The notes: generated from the sequence alone by a model not told the origin. Counted from the stretch's first letter, positions 8,109 through 18,700 are shown. The stretch is 39,870 nucleotides of DNA from Chloroflexota bacterium (GCA_043797985.1 JAZDPB010000147.1:1-39870); one strand, 5' to 3'. A program made the numbers and translations.

Positions 8109-10550
8109 ATGGATATCAAGAAATATGAGGTGCCAGTTGATAAACTTCACTGGGAATGCGACCCCAAACTGTTCGACTTCGAATGTACCAAAGACTTGGC
8201 CCCACTTCGCGAGTTTATTGGTCAGGAACGGGCGACACGAGCCGTAGAGTTTGGTCTAAATATGGTCAACGCCGGGTATAACATCTATGTTGCCGGACTG
8301 ACTGGGACAGGAAAGACATCCATGGTGAAGTCCTATATTGAAAGGGTTATCAAGGAAAGAGGACAGCGAGGAGAAACCTTTGTTCTGGACGACTGGTGTT
8401 ACCTCTACAATTTTAAGGAGCCTGACAGTCCTCAAATAGCCAGCCTGCCACAGGGAAAGGGCAAAGCCTTTCGAGACGAGATTGCCGACCTCCTTAATAA
8501 AATACGCCAGGCGCTGGGGCAAGCTTTCTCCAGCGAGGAGTATAAAAACCAGAGACAGAAGACGGTTGAAGAAGCACAAACTGAGCAGCAGAAGTTGTTT
8601 GAAGAAATATCACGTGATGCCCATCGTCAAGGCTTTACTCTTCAGATTACCCCTGTCGGGCCGGTCTTGATTCCCCTGAAAGATGACCGCCCCATGCAGG
8701 AACAAGAATATCTTGACTTGGACGAAGATGCCAGGAAAAAGCTTGAGTCGAAGCAAAATGAGCTGCGCAAGAAACTGAAAGCAAATTTTGAGGCTGCCGG
8801 CAACGTGCAAGCAAAGACTATGGAGCGATTACAGAAGACAGATAAAGACATCGGCGAATACACCGTCTCCGGCCTATTCGGCTCGTTGCTTGAGCAATAT
8901 TCTCAATGGTCGAAGATAAGTCAGTATCTTGTTGACCTCAAAGCCTATGTACTCGATAACCTCGAACTCTTCAAGGGCACCGAAGAACCGATAAATCCGG
9001 TGTTCGGGGTTCCGGCCAGTCAGGTTATGGGGGGGAGAAATCCGTTTCTTCCGTTTCAGGTCAATGTTTTTGTGGATAACAGTGAAGCCAAAGGACCTCC
9101 GGTGGTTGTCGAGAGCAATCCCAACTTTGGCAATATGTTCGGCAAAATTGAACGGCGGTTCCTCTTTGGCGGCTACCTCAGCGACCATACTATGTTAAAG
9201 GCAGGCTCTCTGGGTAAGGCTAACGGAGGCTATCTGCTGGTCAGCGCAAATGATGTGCTGATAAATCCTGGCGTCTGGCCGGCGCTTAAGCGGGCGATTA
9301 AAAACAAGGAGGTCCGGATAGAAGACCCCTTTGAGCAGTTCGGGCTTATTGCGCCACAGGGATTGAGGCCGGAACCAATGCCGATAAATGTCAAGGTCGT
9401 TCTTACCGGTGATGCTATGCTCTACCAGCTATTGTCGATGTATGACGAAGACTTCTGGGAGATTTTTAAGGTCAAAGCCGACTTTAATTTTGAGATTGAG
9501 AAAACTAAAGATAATATGCTGGCATACGCCGCCTTTCTCTCTGGGTGTTGTGAGGAATGCGAAGCCAGACATTTTGACCCCAGCGGTGTTGCCAAGGTCA
9601 TCGAGTATTCTGTCAGGATAGTAGCCGACCAGGAGCGGCTGTCCTCAAGATTTGCCCAGGTCAAGGACTGGATTGAGGAAGCCAACTACTGGGCCAATCA
9701 GGAAAACGCCAAGTACATCTCCGCCAGTCATGTGCAGAAAGCTATCGATGAGAGGCTATTCAGACATAACCTTCTTGACGAACGAATCCAGGATATGATA
9801 AATCGCGGCACTATCATGATAGACGCTGAGGGCACCGTAATCGGTCAGATAAATGGATTGAGCGTTTACACCCTCGGCGACATTACATTTGGCAAGCCGT
9901 CAAGAATTACTGCCAAGACCTTTCTGGGACGTGGTGGCGTTATCAACATCGAACGAGAGTCGCAACTGAGCGGTCCGATTCATAATAAGGGAGTCATGAT
10001 TTTAAGTGGCTACCTTGGCTGGAAATACGCCCAGGATAAACCTCTTTCGCTCTCCGCTAGCCTGTGTTTTGAGCAGTCTTACGAAGGCGTAGAAGGCGAT
10101 AGTGCCTCCTCTACCGAGCTGTATGCCATCCTATCCAGTCTGTCGGACATACCTGTAAAGCAAAACATAGCTGTAACTGGCTCGGTTAACCAGACCGGTG
10201 AGATTCAACCGATAGGTGGCGTAAACCAGAAAATAGAAGGCTTCTTTAAGGTATGCCAGGCTAAAGGACTAACGGGTGACCAGGGAGTGCTAATACCACA
10301 TCAGAACCTGAAAAATCTCATGCTGCGTGAGGACGTGGTTGAAGCCGTCCGTAAAGGTCAGTTTCATATTTACTCTGCCAAGACCATTGATGGGGGTATT
10401 GAGATACTGACCGGCGTCCCGGCAGGCGAAAGGCAGAAAAGTGGCACCTATCCCAAGGAAACGGTCAATTATCTAGTTGATAAGAAACTCAAGGAAATGG
10501 CAGATCGGCTAAAGGGCTTTTACGCTGAGGAGAAAAAGGAAGCAAAATAG
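8109..10550 (+). CDS. Lon-family ATP-dependent protease-like protein (LonB/LonC type)
   Basis: IGQERA, Walker A GLTGTGKT, KANGGYL, FKVKADF, Lon_C domain GQINGL...FEQSYEGVEGDSAS...IGGVNQKIEGF (Ser-Lys dyad). Confidence 0.92.
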   Translation: MDIKKYEVPVDKLHWECDPKLFDFECTKDLAPLREFIGQERATRAVEFGLNMVNAGYNIYVAGLTGTGKTSMVKSYIERVIKERGQRGETFVLDDWCYLYNFKEPDSPQIASLPQGKGKAFRDEIADLLNKIRQALGQAFSSEEYKNQRQKTVEEAQTEQQKLFEEISRDAHRQGFTLQITPVGPVLIPLKDDRPMQEQEYLDLDEDARKKLESKQNELRKKLKANFEAAGNVQAKTMERLQKTDKDIGEYTVSGLFGSLLEQYSQWSKISQYLVDLKAYVLDNLELFKGTEEPINPVFGVPASQVMGGRNPFLPFQVNVFVDNSEAKGPPVVVESNPNFGNMFGKIERRFLFGGYLSDHTMLKAGSLGKANGGYLLVSANDVLINPGVWPALKRAIKNKEVRIEDPFEQFGLIAPQGLRPEPMPINVKVVLTGDAMLYQLLSMYDEDFWEIFKVKADFNFEIEKTKDNMLAYAAFLSGCCEECEARHFDPSGVAKVIEYSVRIVADQERLSSRFAQVKDWIEEANYWANQENAKYISASHVQKAIDERLFRHNLLDERIQDMINRGTIMIDAEGTVIGQINGLSVYTLGDITFGKPSRITAKTFLGRGGVINIERESQLSGPIHNKGVMILSGYLGWKYAQDKPLSLSASLCFEQSYEGVEGDSASSTELYAILSSLSDIPVKQNIAVTGSVNQTGEIQPIGGVNQKIEGFFKVCQAKGLTGDQGVLIPHQNLKNLMLREDVVEAVRKGQFHIYSAKTIDGGIEILTGVPAGERQKSGTYPKETVNYLVDKKLKEMADRLKGFYAEEKKEAK

Positions 10551-10582
10551 CAATCCACTATAGTCACTGTGTCGCAAAAGAT

Positions 10583-11254
10583 ATGACCGTAAAGCCTGAA
10601 GTACTAAAGAATGCGTGCTATTTCACCAAACTAGATCTCCAAATTTTGGAGGATATAGGCTCTCATGCAACTGAAACAAAGTACTCCTCTGGCGACGTTA
10701 TCCTTTGGCAGGGTGACGAGCATGAAATGTTCTACTTCGTAATGTCTGGCACGGTAAAGCTCTTTGCCAGTTCTGCCGAGGGTCGGGAATTCATTGTCCG
10801 ACTTGCCTACGGAGGGGACTCCTTCAATGATGACAACATCTTCGATAAGGGACCAAATGCGCTGAGTGCCATGGCCATGAGCCCCGTAATGCTATATGGA
10901 TTGAGCTGGCGCGATTTAAGCCAGGTGCTAAACTCCTATCCGCAGGTCCATTCGAGGATTGCTAAAGTTTTTGCTGCCCGTCAGCGTTACTTACTCAGGC
11001 TAGCTGCTGAACTGGTATTCAAGAATGTCACCGGAAGGCTGGCAGGCTTGCTACTGGAGAGGGAAAAGCTAGCGCGTGCAGGTGGTGAACAAGTAAAGAT
11101 TACACAGCAAGAGATGGCTTTTATGATAGGGACTGTGCGCGAAATAGTCAGCCGGTCTCTCCGAGAATTAGAAGCAATGGGCACTATCAGTCTAAAACAC
11201 AATCAGATAGTAATTACTGATAGAAACAAGCTATCCGAATTGAGCGAGTTATGA
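10583..11254 (+). CDS. Crp/Fnr-family transcriptional regulator
   Basis: cNMP-binding fold (FYFVMSGTVK...GREF) and HTH ITQQEMAFMIGTVREIVSRSL; no FNR Cys cluster. Confidence 0.93.
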   Translation: MTVKPEVLKNACYFTKLDLQILEDIGSHATETKYSSGDVILWQGDEHEMFYFVMSGTVKLFASSAEGREFIVRLAYGGDSFNDDNIFDKGPNALSAMAMSPVMLYGLSWRDLSQVLNSYPQVHSRIAKVFAARQRYLLRLAAELVFKNVTGRLAGLLLEREKLARAGGEQVKITQQEMAFMIGTVREIVSRSLRELEAMGTISLKHNQIVITDRNKLSELSEL

Positions 11255-11260
11255 AAACTC

Positions 11261-11303
11261 CGTGACAAATATCACGGACTTATCTGGATGGTCAGAATAG
11301 AAT
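11261..11303 (+). promoter_or_regulatory. Crp-type class II promoter for the ferredoxin
   Basis: cGTGA-caaata-TCACg centred at 11268.5; TAGAAT at 11298-11303 places the site at -41.5. Confidence 0.75.
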
Positions 11304-11344
11304 AATAGTATATTATAAGGTTTTAACGTGGGAGGGGCATTTAA

Positions 11345-11557
11345 ATGACAATAATGCCAGACTTAGATTCCGAGTTGTGTAATGGCTGCGGCTTGTGTTT
11401 AGTTGTCTGTCATGGTGGTGGTATTACTGAATACGGAGACAAAGTCAGAATATCAGAAACCCCAAATTGCGATTATTGTAGCATCTGTGAGGCAGTATGT
11501 CCCCAGGGAGCTATCAGATGCGGTTACATCATAGTGTCGGGTGAAGAGCAACAATAA
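11345..11557 (+). CDS. 2x[4Fe-4S] ferredoxin
   Basis: CNGCGLCLVVC and CDYCSICEAVCP; RBS GGGAGG. Confidence 0.88.
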   Translation: MTIMPDLDSELCNGCGLCLVVCHGGGITEYGDKVRISETPNCDYCSICEAVCPQGAIRCGYIIVSGEEQQ

Positions 11558-11582
11558 TTATTTTTCCTGCCCTCCAAGAAAG

Positions 11583-11626
11583 TGTGATAAAAGTCGTATA
11601 CCTCCCGGTTCGAAACGCAGTATATT
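11583..11626 (+). promoter_or_regulatory. Degenerate Crp-type site and -10 upstream of Hsp20
   Basis: TGTGA-taaaag-TCGTA centred at 11590.5; TATATT at 11621-11626 (site at about -42.5). Confidence 0.5.
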
Positions 11627-11658
11627 TTTATGATAGTCAATAGAAAGGAGGTACTACG

Positions 11659-12123
11659 ATGGCTGCAATTACTATCAGAAGAAGTCCAAGCCTAGCTTTG
11701 ACTTGTGTAGAACCTACTTCAATGAGCCTTCTTGATGAAATTGAGAGGCTCGCCAGTGATATCTGGGAATCCGAGACACCGGTAGTTTATACTCATATGC
11801 ATCCTCGTCTGGACATGTTTGAAGAGAACGACGAACTCGTAATGAGAGCAGAACTACCCGGTATGCGGAAGGAAGATATCGATATCAGTCTTGAGAATGA
11901 TTGCTTATCTATCAAGGCTGAAAAGAAGCAAGAAGAAGTATCTGAGAACGCTACTTATTATTCTTGTGAGCGCTGCTTTGGTACTTACTCCCGTTCGGTA
12001 TCGCTTCCATTCCCGGTCAATGGCGACAAAATCTCAGCTACCTACGAGAATGGCTTGCTGGAGATAAGGCTCCCCAAGGCTGAAGAAGCCAAAGCCAAGC
12101 ACATCGAAGTCAAGGTAAAATAA
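11659..12123 (+). CDS. Hsp20/alpha-crystallin small heat-shock protein
   Basis: AELPGMRKEDIDI, ERCFGTYSRSVSLP, ATYENGLLEIRLPK. Confidence 0.94.
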   Translation: MAAITIRRSPSLALTCVEPTSMSLLDEIERLASDIWESETPVVYTHMHPRLDMFEENDELVMRAELPGMRKEDIDISLENDCLSIKAEKKQEEVSENATYYSCERCFGTYSRSVSLPFPVNGDKISATYENGLLEIRLPKAEEAKAKHIEVKVK

Positions 12124-12132
12124 GGACCGAGG

Positions 12133-12168
12133 AACAAAAGGGACGGGATTCATCCCGTCCCTTTTGTT
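12133..12168. terminator. Bidirectional intrinsic terminator between convergent hsp20 and rtcB
   Basis: Perfect 17-bp inverted repeat AACAAAAGGGACGGGAT-tc-ATCCCGTCCCTTTTGTT with T-tracts on both strands. Confidence 0.88.
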
Positions 12169-12199
12169 TTTATTAAACCTTCATCTATAACGATACGAG

Positions 12200-13657
12200 C
12201 TAACCCTTGATGACACCAATTGGTCTGGTCCTGGCAACTATCTTGGAGATGCCCGTGCTATGGGCGACACCAACCACTGAGGTCACATCCTTATAGGCTT
12301 CAGAAGCCTCCTCAGCAAGACCTGACAGACTGCCAGCCCGAACGGTTATGCCACGTGATTCGAGTGCTTCGAGCACGTCTTTTCCCTTTAGCAAACGCTT
12401 GGCGGCAGCACGGCTTCTTACCCTACCCGCTCCATGGCAGGTAGAGCCAAAGGTCTCCTTCATAGCCAGTTCCGTACCTACCAGCAGATAGGATACACGC
12501 CCCATATCGCCGGGGATGAGGACGGGCTGTCCAATCTTCGAATACTTTGCCGGCACATCGGGATGGCCGGGCAGGAATGCCCTGGTAGCACCCTTACGAT
12601 GCACGCAGAGCATCTCTTTATGACCACTCACCTCGTGCTCTTCAATCTTGGCTATGTTGTGCGCTACATCATAGATTAGCTCCAACCCAACGTCTTCTTC
12701 ACACTTACCCAATACGTTACAAAAGGTCTCTCTGACCCAATGCATTATGCACTGGCGATTTGCCCAGGCATAATTGGCAGCGCACTTCATGGCAGAGAGG
12801 TAAGCCTTGCCCTCTGGGGAGGACAGCGGGGCACAGGCAAGCTGCCGGTCAGGTACCTCAATACCGTAACGCCTCATAGCGCTCACCATCTCCTTGATAT
12901 AGTCGTCAGCAGTCTGATGTCCCAGGCCGCGAGAACCACAATGGATGAGCAACATTACCTGTCCGACTTGCTCCACGCCCATAACTTTAGCTATTTCCTG
13001 CTCATAGATATTGTCGACTAAAGCCACCTCAAGAAAGTGATTACCCGAGCCTAACGTACCCAATTGCGGTATGCCACGTTCCTTCGCTCTGCCGCTTACT
13101 TTGGCAGGGTCGGCTCCAGACATCTCTCCCCTTTCCTCCGTAGTCTCCAGGTCCTCATGCCTTCCGTACCCGCGCCCAACTGCCCAGCGCGAGCCTTTGA
13201 CCAGGACTTCATCGATTTCCCCCGAACGAAGCTTTATTCTACCCTGGGAGCCTAAACCCGAAGGCACACTCTTATACAGAGCATCCATAAGCTGTTTTAT
13301 CTTCGGGCGGACTTCTTCTTGAGTCAAATTTGTGCGCAGGAGCCTCACCCCACAGTTGATATCAAAACCAACACCACCAGGAGAAACCACGCCGTCCTCC
13401 ATCCGCATGGCAGCCACACCGCCTATGGGGAAGCCATATCCCCAGTGGATATCTGGCATAGCCAGAGAGTAACGAACTATCCCGGGCAGAAATGCCACAT
13501 TGGCAACCTGTTCGGGAGCCTGCTCACTCAGAATGTTTTCGAGCATATCCCGGCTGGCATAAATCAGACCCGGCACCCGCATGCCAGTTTTATAGCTCGC
13601 GGGAATTCGCCAGTGATATTCATCAACCTTTTCTAGGGGACCATTCCACCTCGCCAT
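12200..13657 (-). CDS. rtcB: RNA-splicing/repair ligase RtcB (archaeal/eukaryote-like long type)
   Basis: MPDIHWGYGFPIGG, VGFDINCG, GSGNHF, HCGSRG, HNIAK, HRKGAT, HGAGR. Confidence 0.96.
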   Translation of the reverse strand: MARWNGPLEKVDEYHWRIPASYKTGMRVPGLIYASRDMLENILSEQAPEQVANVAFLPGIVRYSLAMPDIHWGYGFPIGGVAAMRMEDGVVSPGGVGFDINCGVRLLRTNLTQEEVRPKIKQLMDALYKSVPSGLGSQGRIKLRSGEIDEVLVKGSRWAVGRGYGRHEDLETTEERGEMSGADPAKVSGRAKERGIPQLGTLGSGNHFLEVALVDNIYEQEIAKVMGVEQVGQVMLLIHCGSRGLGHQTADDYIKEMVSAMRRYGIEVPDRQLACAPLSSPEGKAYLSAMKCAANYAWANRQCIMHWVRETFCNVLGKCEEDVGLELIYDVAHNIAKIEEHEVSGHKEMLCVHRKGATRAFLPGHPDVPAKYSKIGQPVLIPGDMGRVSYLLVGTELAMKETFGSTCHGAGRVRSRAAAKRLLKGKDVLEALESRGITVRAGSLSGLAEEASEAYKDVTSVVGVAHSTGISKIVARTRPIGVIKG

Positions 13658-13674
13658 AGTATCCTCCCAATCAA

Positions 13675-14085
13675 TTATATATCAAAGATAACCTGTACCT
13701 GGTTTTTCTCCTTGTCTACCTTGAGCATATGATAGGTAGCAGATTTGATACCTATCTTCAGGTGATGCCGCGACGAGTCATATTTTTCACCATGACATAT
13801 TGCCTTCAGATTGTAGCCGTCAAATTCGCTGATATCAAACCTTTTGAGAAGAAGCATTTCTACATCAAAAAGGTAAATAAGACGGTTAAGCCATTCGAAT
13901 AATAGCGCCTCTGAGTCTCCTTCGCTGACCTCTATAACACGATTCTCCACCCCCCTCACCGTTCTAAGGTCGGCAATGATAGAGAACATACCATAGGCCG
14001 CATTGGCAAATGCTTCAGCCAGCGTGCTCCCATAGGCAACCAGACCGGTATCGGCTGTGTGTTCTATAAGCTTAAATCTTTTCAC
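13675..14085 (-). CDS. Archease (RtcB cofactor)
   Basis: EHTAD, LLFEWLNRLIY, IKSATYH, C-terminal VIFDI; adjacent to rtcB. Confidence 0.93.
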   Translation of the reverse strand: MKRFKLIEHTADTGLVAYGSTLAEAFANAAYGMFSIIADLRTVRGVENRVIEVSEGDSEALLFEWLNRLIYLFDVEMLLLKRFDISEFDGYNLKAICHGEKYDSSRHHLKIGIKSATYHMLKVDKEKNQVQVIFDI

Positions 14086-14516
14086 ATGTACTCTTTCTTC
14101 AGCTTTTTGAAGTCCCTTTCAAACCTTTCCCTTGCTTTAGGAAAGCGCATCGCCGCAGCCGGATGATAGGTCTCTATATACTTAATAGCCTCCAGCCTGG
14201 GTGTTTTCCAGGCAATCTTACCCATCAAAACCACGATTTTAGGTTTCACTCGTCTAATCTCTTCGAGCAAATAAGGCATCCAATCACTGAGTTCTTGTGC
14301 AGTCGGCTGCCTGTTCCCATGAGTTGTTTCTTTGATGACACTGGTTATGTACAATTCGCCCCGGTCAATTTCATTTTTCTTTAGCATCGCATCAAGATAT
14401 TTCCCCGATTTTCCCACGAATGGCCTGCCTTGTTTAGCTTCTTCACTACCCGGATTTTGCCCAACCAACATAATTCTTGCGTTTGAAAGCCCTTCTCCAG
14501 CAACGAATACACCCAT
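14082..14516 (-). CDS. Uracil-DNA glycosylase superfamily protein (short, family 4-like, no FeS cysteines)
   Basis: GEG..NARIMLVGQNPG..E...GRPFVGKSG, YITSVIK, TYHPAAA; contains no Cys; GTGA overlap with archease. Confidence 0.85.
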   Translation of the reverse strand: MGVFVAGEGLSNARIMLVGQNPGSEEAKQGRPFVGKSGKYLDAMLKKNEIDRGELYITSVIKETTHGNRQPTAQELSDWMPYLLEEIRRVKPKIVVLMGKIAWKTPRLEAIKYIETYHPAAAMRFPKARERFERDFKKLKKEYM

Positions 14517-14563
14517 TCGCTTTAACTCCGGTTTCTGTGGTTTTTGAGTTCTGCTACAGGTAG

Positions 14564-15496
14564 CTAAGCAGTCCCACCTGTTGTGGTATCGTGTCGGCCC
14601 ATTTGGCAGATGGTACAGATGTTACCGGAAGGACAGGTTTCACATTCAATCTGTAGTGTAGTGTGGTTGATGTTGTAGCGTTGGGCTAGCTCTTGTCTGA
14701 CCAACTGTAAAATTCCAACGCCTTCGCTTACCATCTGGTTATCAATCACAAGGTGAGCACTCAAGGCATAAATATTCGAAGTGATTGTCCATATATGGAT
14801 ATCGTGTACTGCATTCACGCCGGGAATGCTCCTGATTATGTCAATTACCTTGGCTATCTCGATATGGCTGGGTACTGCCTCCAGTAGAACATCCGCCGAC
14901 TCGCTGACAATCCTCACTGCTCCCCACAATATGATTACACCGATAGCAATAGCCACGATGGTATCGGCAAAATACCATCCGGTCAACATAATGACTATGC
15001 CGGTAATAATCACCCCGACAGAAGATATGGTATCGCCCATTATATGCCAGAAAGCCGCTTTTACATTCAGGCTTCGATGGCTGGCTTTATTGAGCAATAT
15101 CACTCCGCCAAGGTTGGCAACTAAACCGATTATCGCTATCGTTAGCATTATCGGAGCTTTTACTGGTGACGGCTCAAGAAATCGCTGGTAAGCTTCATAG
15201 AAGATAAAAATGGATACCAAGACCAGGATAGTGCCATTGGCTAAAGCAGCAAGTATTTCGAAACGGTGATAGCCGAAGGTCTTGGTCGCTGTTGCTGGTC
15301 GGCGAGCCAGTGTCATCGCAAACAAGCTAAGTCCGAGAGCAAGCGAATCGACAAACATGTGCCCCGCGTCGCTAAGCAGAGCCAGACTTCCACTTAAGAT
15401 ACTGCCAACAATCTCCGCCACCATGATTACCAGGACGATGGCAAGAGTAACCTCCATGCGGCGGTAATCTGTGAAAGCCTCGTGATGATTATCCAT
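14564..15496 (-). CDS. czcD: Cation diffusion facilitator (Zn/Co/Cd efflux)
   Basis: SLALLSDAGHMFVD, TFGYHRFEILAA, AFWHIMGD, VHDIHIWTI, HTTLQIE. Confidence 0.92.
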   Translation of the reverse strand: MDNHHEAFTDYRRMEVTLAIVLVIMVAEIVGSILSGSLALLSDAGHMFVDSLALGLSLFAMTLARRPATATKTFGYHRFEILAALANGTILVLVSIFIFYEAYQRFLEPSPVKAPIMLTIAIIGLVANLGGVILLNKASHRSLNVKAAFWHIMGDTISSVGVIITGIVIMLTGWYFADTIVAIAIGVIILWGAVRIVSESADVLLEAVPSHIEIAKVIDIIRSIPGVNAVHDIHIWTITSNIYALSAHLVIDNQMVSEGVGILQLVRQELAQRYNINHTTLQIECETCPSGNICTICQMGRHDTTTGGTA

Positions 15497-15552
15497 ATTT
15501 TCTGCGTGTACTTCTCTTCAACTGATGCTACTTCAAAAAGGTGAGATTCAAT

Positions 15553-16921
15553 TTATGGATTCGCTAAGTTGCTCAACGTCCTCACTATTAATTCAGGGAG
15601 TGCAGGATGAATGTGCAGGCCAGCCTGTATCTGGTCAATATTTCCGCCGGATGCCATGGCGTTTATCACCTCTTGTATCAGGGTGGGCGTGTAAGGACCG
15701 ATGATGTGAAAATCCAATATCTTCTGGCTCTTTGCCTCTACAACCGCTTTGGCGAAACCGTTTTCTTCCATCATTGCTTCGCCTTTGGCGACATCCATAT
15801 ACTTTGCCTTGCCTACCAGAACCTTGTGCGTTTTTTTAGCAGTTTCCTCTGTCAACCCAACGGAGGCGATTTGCGGATGGGAATAGACAGCATGTGGAAT
15901 AGCACTGTAGTCCATTTTGACTTTGCTGCCATGTATTGCGTTATGCACTGCCAGCACTGACTCTCTGTTAGCAACGTGGGTAAACATCTGCTGGCCATTG
16001 ACATCTCCTACAGCATATATGTTGTTTTTAGTAGTCTCAAGATACTCATTAACCTTGATAAAATCTCTTTTGTCAAGCTCGACACCCGTCTTTTCCACTT
16101 TCAGTAAGTCGGCATTAGACCTACGCCCCACTGCGACCAGGATTCTCTGCGCCGTGAATTCCTTTCTTTCGTTTGCTTTTAAGTCATTGACTCCGACGGT
16201 AATACCACGGCCGTTACCCTTCACTTCTTCAACCTGAACATTAGTGTAAACATCCATACACTGACTCAACTCTTTCTTTAAAAGCTCCGATATTTCAGGC
16301 TCCTCGGCAAGAACAAGCCGGTCAGCCATTTCCAAGATAGTAACCTTTGTACCCATGGCAGCAAAAAAGTGACCATACTCCACGGCAATATAACCACCAC
16401 CGATAATGAGGAGGCTTTCCGGCTTTTCCTTCAGTTGGAGAAGGGTTTCATTAGTCAGGAAGTCCACTCCATCAAGACCTTTTATTGCTGGTATCAGAGG
16501 GCGTGAACCGGAAGCGATAAAAATCTTATCGCCTTTTATTCTATCACTGTTAACCTCAATCGTATAGTCATCAACAAAGCGACCCTCGCTCTCAAAGAAG
16601 TCCAGGGTCTTGGCGTGCGAAAGCCCGTGTCTCATCTGTTGCTGGTTTTCGTGCACGGACCTTCTCATTCGCTCCATGATGGAGTTGAAGTCAATGTTCC
16701 GTATATCGGCTTCGATGCCCAGCTTTTTGGCTTCCTGTATTTCAGCTATCCTGTCAGCAGCGAATATAAGCATCTTGGATGGTATGCAGCCCAGATTGGG
16801 GCAGGTAACCCCCGAGCGGACCTTTATCCACCAAAGCAACATCCATACCGTGGACCAGAGCTTCTTCAACGATATTCATCCCGCAGCCTGAACCAATGAC
16901 AATGACATCATATTCCTTCAT
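15553..16921 (-). pseudogene. Dihydrolipoamide dehydrogenase-like disulfide reductase, +1 frameshift at ~16807-16813
   Basis: Likely start ATG 16921 (or 16927): MKEYDVIVIGSGCG...VALVDKGPLGG, then one extra base (GGG GGT T ACC TGC) before TCPNLGCIPSK. The rest (IIGGGYIA, AVGD, HIHPALPE) is in ORF 15553..16869. Confidence 0.85.
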
Positions 16922-16951
16922 ATTCATACCTCTCTCTGTTTACTACGGAAT

Positions 16952-18326
16952 TTAATCAGTTGTGACTGGAAACCCAGCAGCCACCCACGCCTTTACACTA
17001 CCGAGGACATTATAAACCCTGGGATAACCAGCCCGGAGCAATATGCTGGCGCCAAGCCCGGCCCGATGTCCCACATTGCAGATTACTGCTACCGGCCTGT
17101 TTTTGGGGACTTCTCCTAGCCTCTGTTCGAGGTATCCAATATAGATGTGAAGCGAACCTGCTATGTGTCCTGACTCCCACTCGTCCTGCCCCCGGGTATC
17201 CAGTACAAGTAAATCTTCGTTGCGGTCGAGCATAGCTTTAAGCTGGTGAACCGAGAGTAGTAGCAGATTCTCGGTGGGAAAGCCAGCATTATACCAGCCC
17301 TCGGTGCCATCCCTGAAATAGCCAATAATCCGGTCATAGCCGGCATGTATCAGGTAACGTACCGCTCTTTACAGGTGAGATTGGTCTTCTAAAACGAGAA
17401 GGACGGGTTTATCATAGGGCAGTACCCAGCCTCCGAAGACAGGGAGCCCTTCCAGCCAGATACTGTAGGCGCCCTTAATGTGAGCGCCCCCCGAAAGCGG
17501 CCGGCTCACTTGTATCAACCACTATCACCCCGCCGTCTATTTCTTTCCTAAACTCGGTTGGAGTGAGCGGATTTGGAAGTGGCAGGCACCCGAGCAGTGG
17601 CGGACCTTCCAGGTTGAGCTTTTCCATTTGCTGGAAGTAATATGGTTTCTCTGGCTGTTCTGCTACCTTGTATTTAACAAATTCTTTTTTATTCTTCATC
17701 TGAAGCACGGGGTTCTGCCTCCGTTCTATTCCGATGGTACTTTCGTCCCTGTTGGCAATATGCATGCCGCACACTGAGCCAACACCATGAGCCGGGCAAA
17801 TGATGACGCCATCGCCCAGCGGTAGAAGCCTATTGAAAATACTACCGTAGAGGTTCGATGCCAGCCTTGATACTTCTTCAGTTCCGTAGAGGTCGGTTCG
17901 CCCCACATCATTCACAAATAGCGTATCGCCGGTGAATATCATTACCGTGGCTTTACCGGTAGCTAAATCCTCCACAGCGTAGGAAACACTCTCGTCGGTG
18001 TGCCCCGGCGTGCTGATAGCCGTCAGCTTGAGGTAGCCGATGTGGAATTGCTGCCCATCCCCAAATGTATTACCATACTTCCAATTAATTCCCGAACCAT
18101 GGTAGATTTCAGCTCTGGTAATGCTGCTCAACTCGATAGAGCCGATTACGTAGTCTTCATTACGGTGAGTTTCAAAGATATATCTGATTTTCAGTCTTTT
18201 TTCTTGTGCTGAGTCCACATAAATCTGGCAGTCACGTCGTAGGTCAATCACGGCAGCATCACTACCAGAGCCAAGCAGGTAAGAATTATGAGCGATACCT
18301 GCTGACTTAATCCGCTCGAATATCAT
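16952..18326 (-). pseudogene. MBL-fold hydrolase / tandem rhodanese fusion (persulfide dioxygenase-sulfurtransferase-like), frameshift plus nonsense
   Basis: FETHRNED, TPGHT, FTGD, PAHG. Removing one G from the G6 run (17487-17492) restores FGGAHIKGAYSIWLEG...; in-frame TAA at 17371-17369; the frame then continues into ORF 16952..17233 (GHIAGS...ICNVGHRA). Confidence 0.85.
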
Positions 18327-18341
18327 ACAATTCCCTCAGGC

Positions 18342-18599
18342 CTAACTGCGTTTACTTTTTATTTTGTCAGCAAACTCTTTTACCTGGTATTCCCACTCAC
18401 GGGTTTCCAGGTCTACCGAGGTCTCTTTGTCATCAGTGCAGGTAACAATATTGACATCACCACCACTTCCTACGAAATTAGCACAGCTGTCGGTCTGCTG
18501 AGTCACTTCCATCCCATAGCCACTAGGACCGAATACCTCAATGGCTTTTTTCACCACATCCTCCAGTTTACTCTTCGTTCTGACATTCAATCTTAGCAT
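18342..18599 (-). CDS. Hypothetical protein (~85 aa)
   Basis: RBS AAGGAGG precedes ATG at 18599; first gene of the leftward operon; C-terminal TREWEYQVKEF; no family recognised. Confidence 0.7.
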   Translation of the reverse strand: MLRLNVRTKSKLEDVVKKAIEVFGPSGYGMEVTQQTDSCANFVGSGGDVNIVTCTDDKETSVDLETREWEYQVKEFADKIKSKRS

Positions 18600-18700
18600 C
18601 TGTCCCTCCTTCATCCAGTCTTTAACAGACTCTACCTTTGAACAAATCTACTGTGCACGAATTAATAACACAGCCCGACTATATGATAGTTTGCCTGCTA

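Noticed and set aside
15553-16869. 438-aa ORF starting MKKLWSTVWMLLWW as an intact protein with a signal peptide
   Set aside because: That N-terminus is an off-frame artefact of the frameshift; the real FAD-binding start lies at 16921 or 16927.
16952-17233. Stand-alone rhodanese gene
   Set aside because: It is in frame with the upstream MBL-rhodanese sequence beyond the nonsense codon, so it is the tail of a pseudogene.
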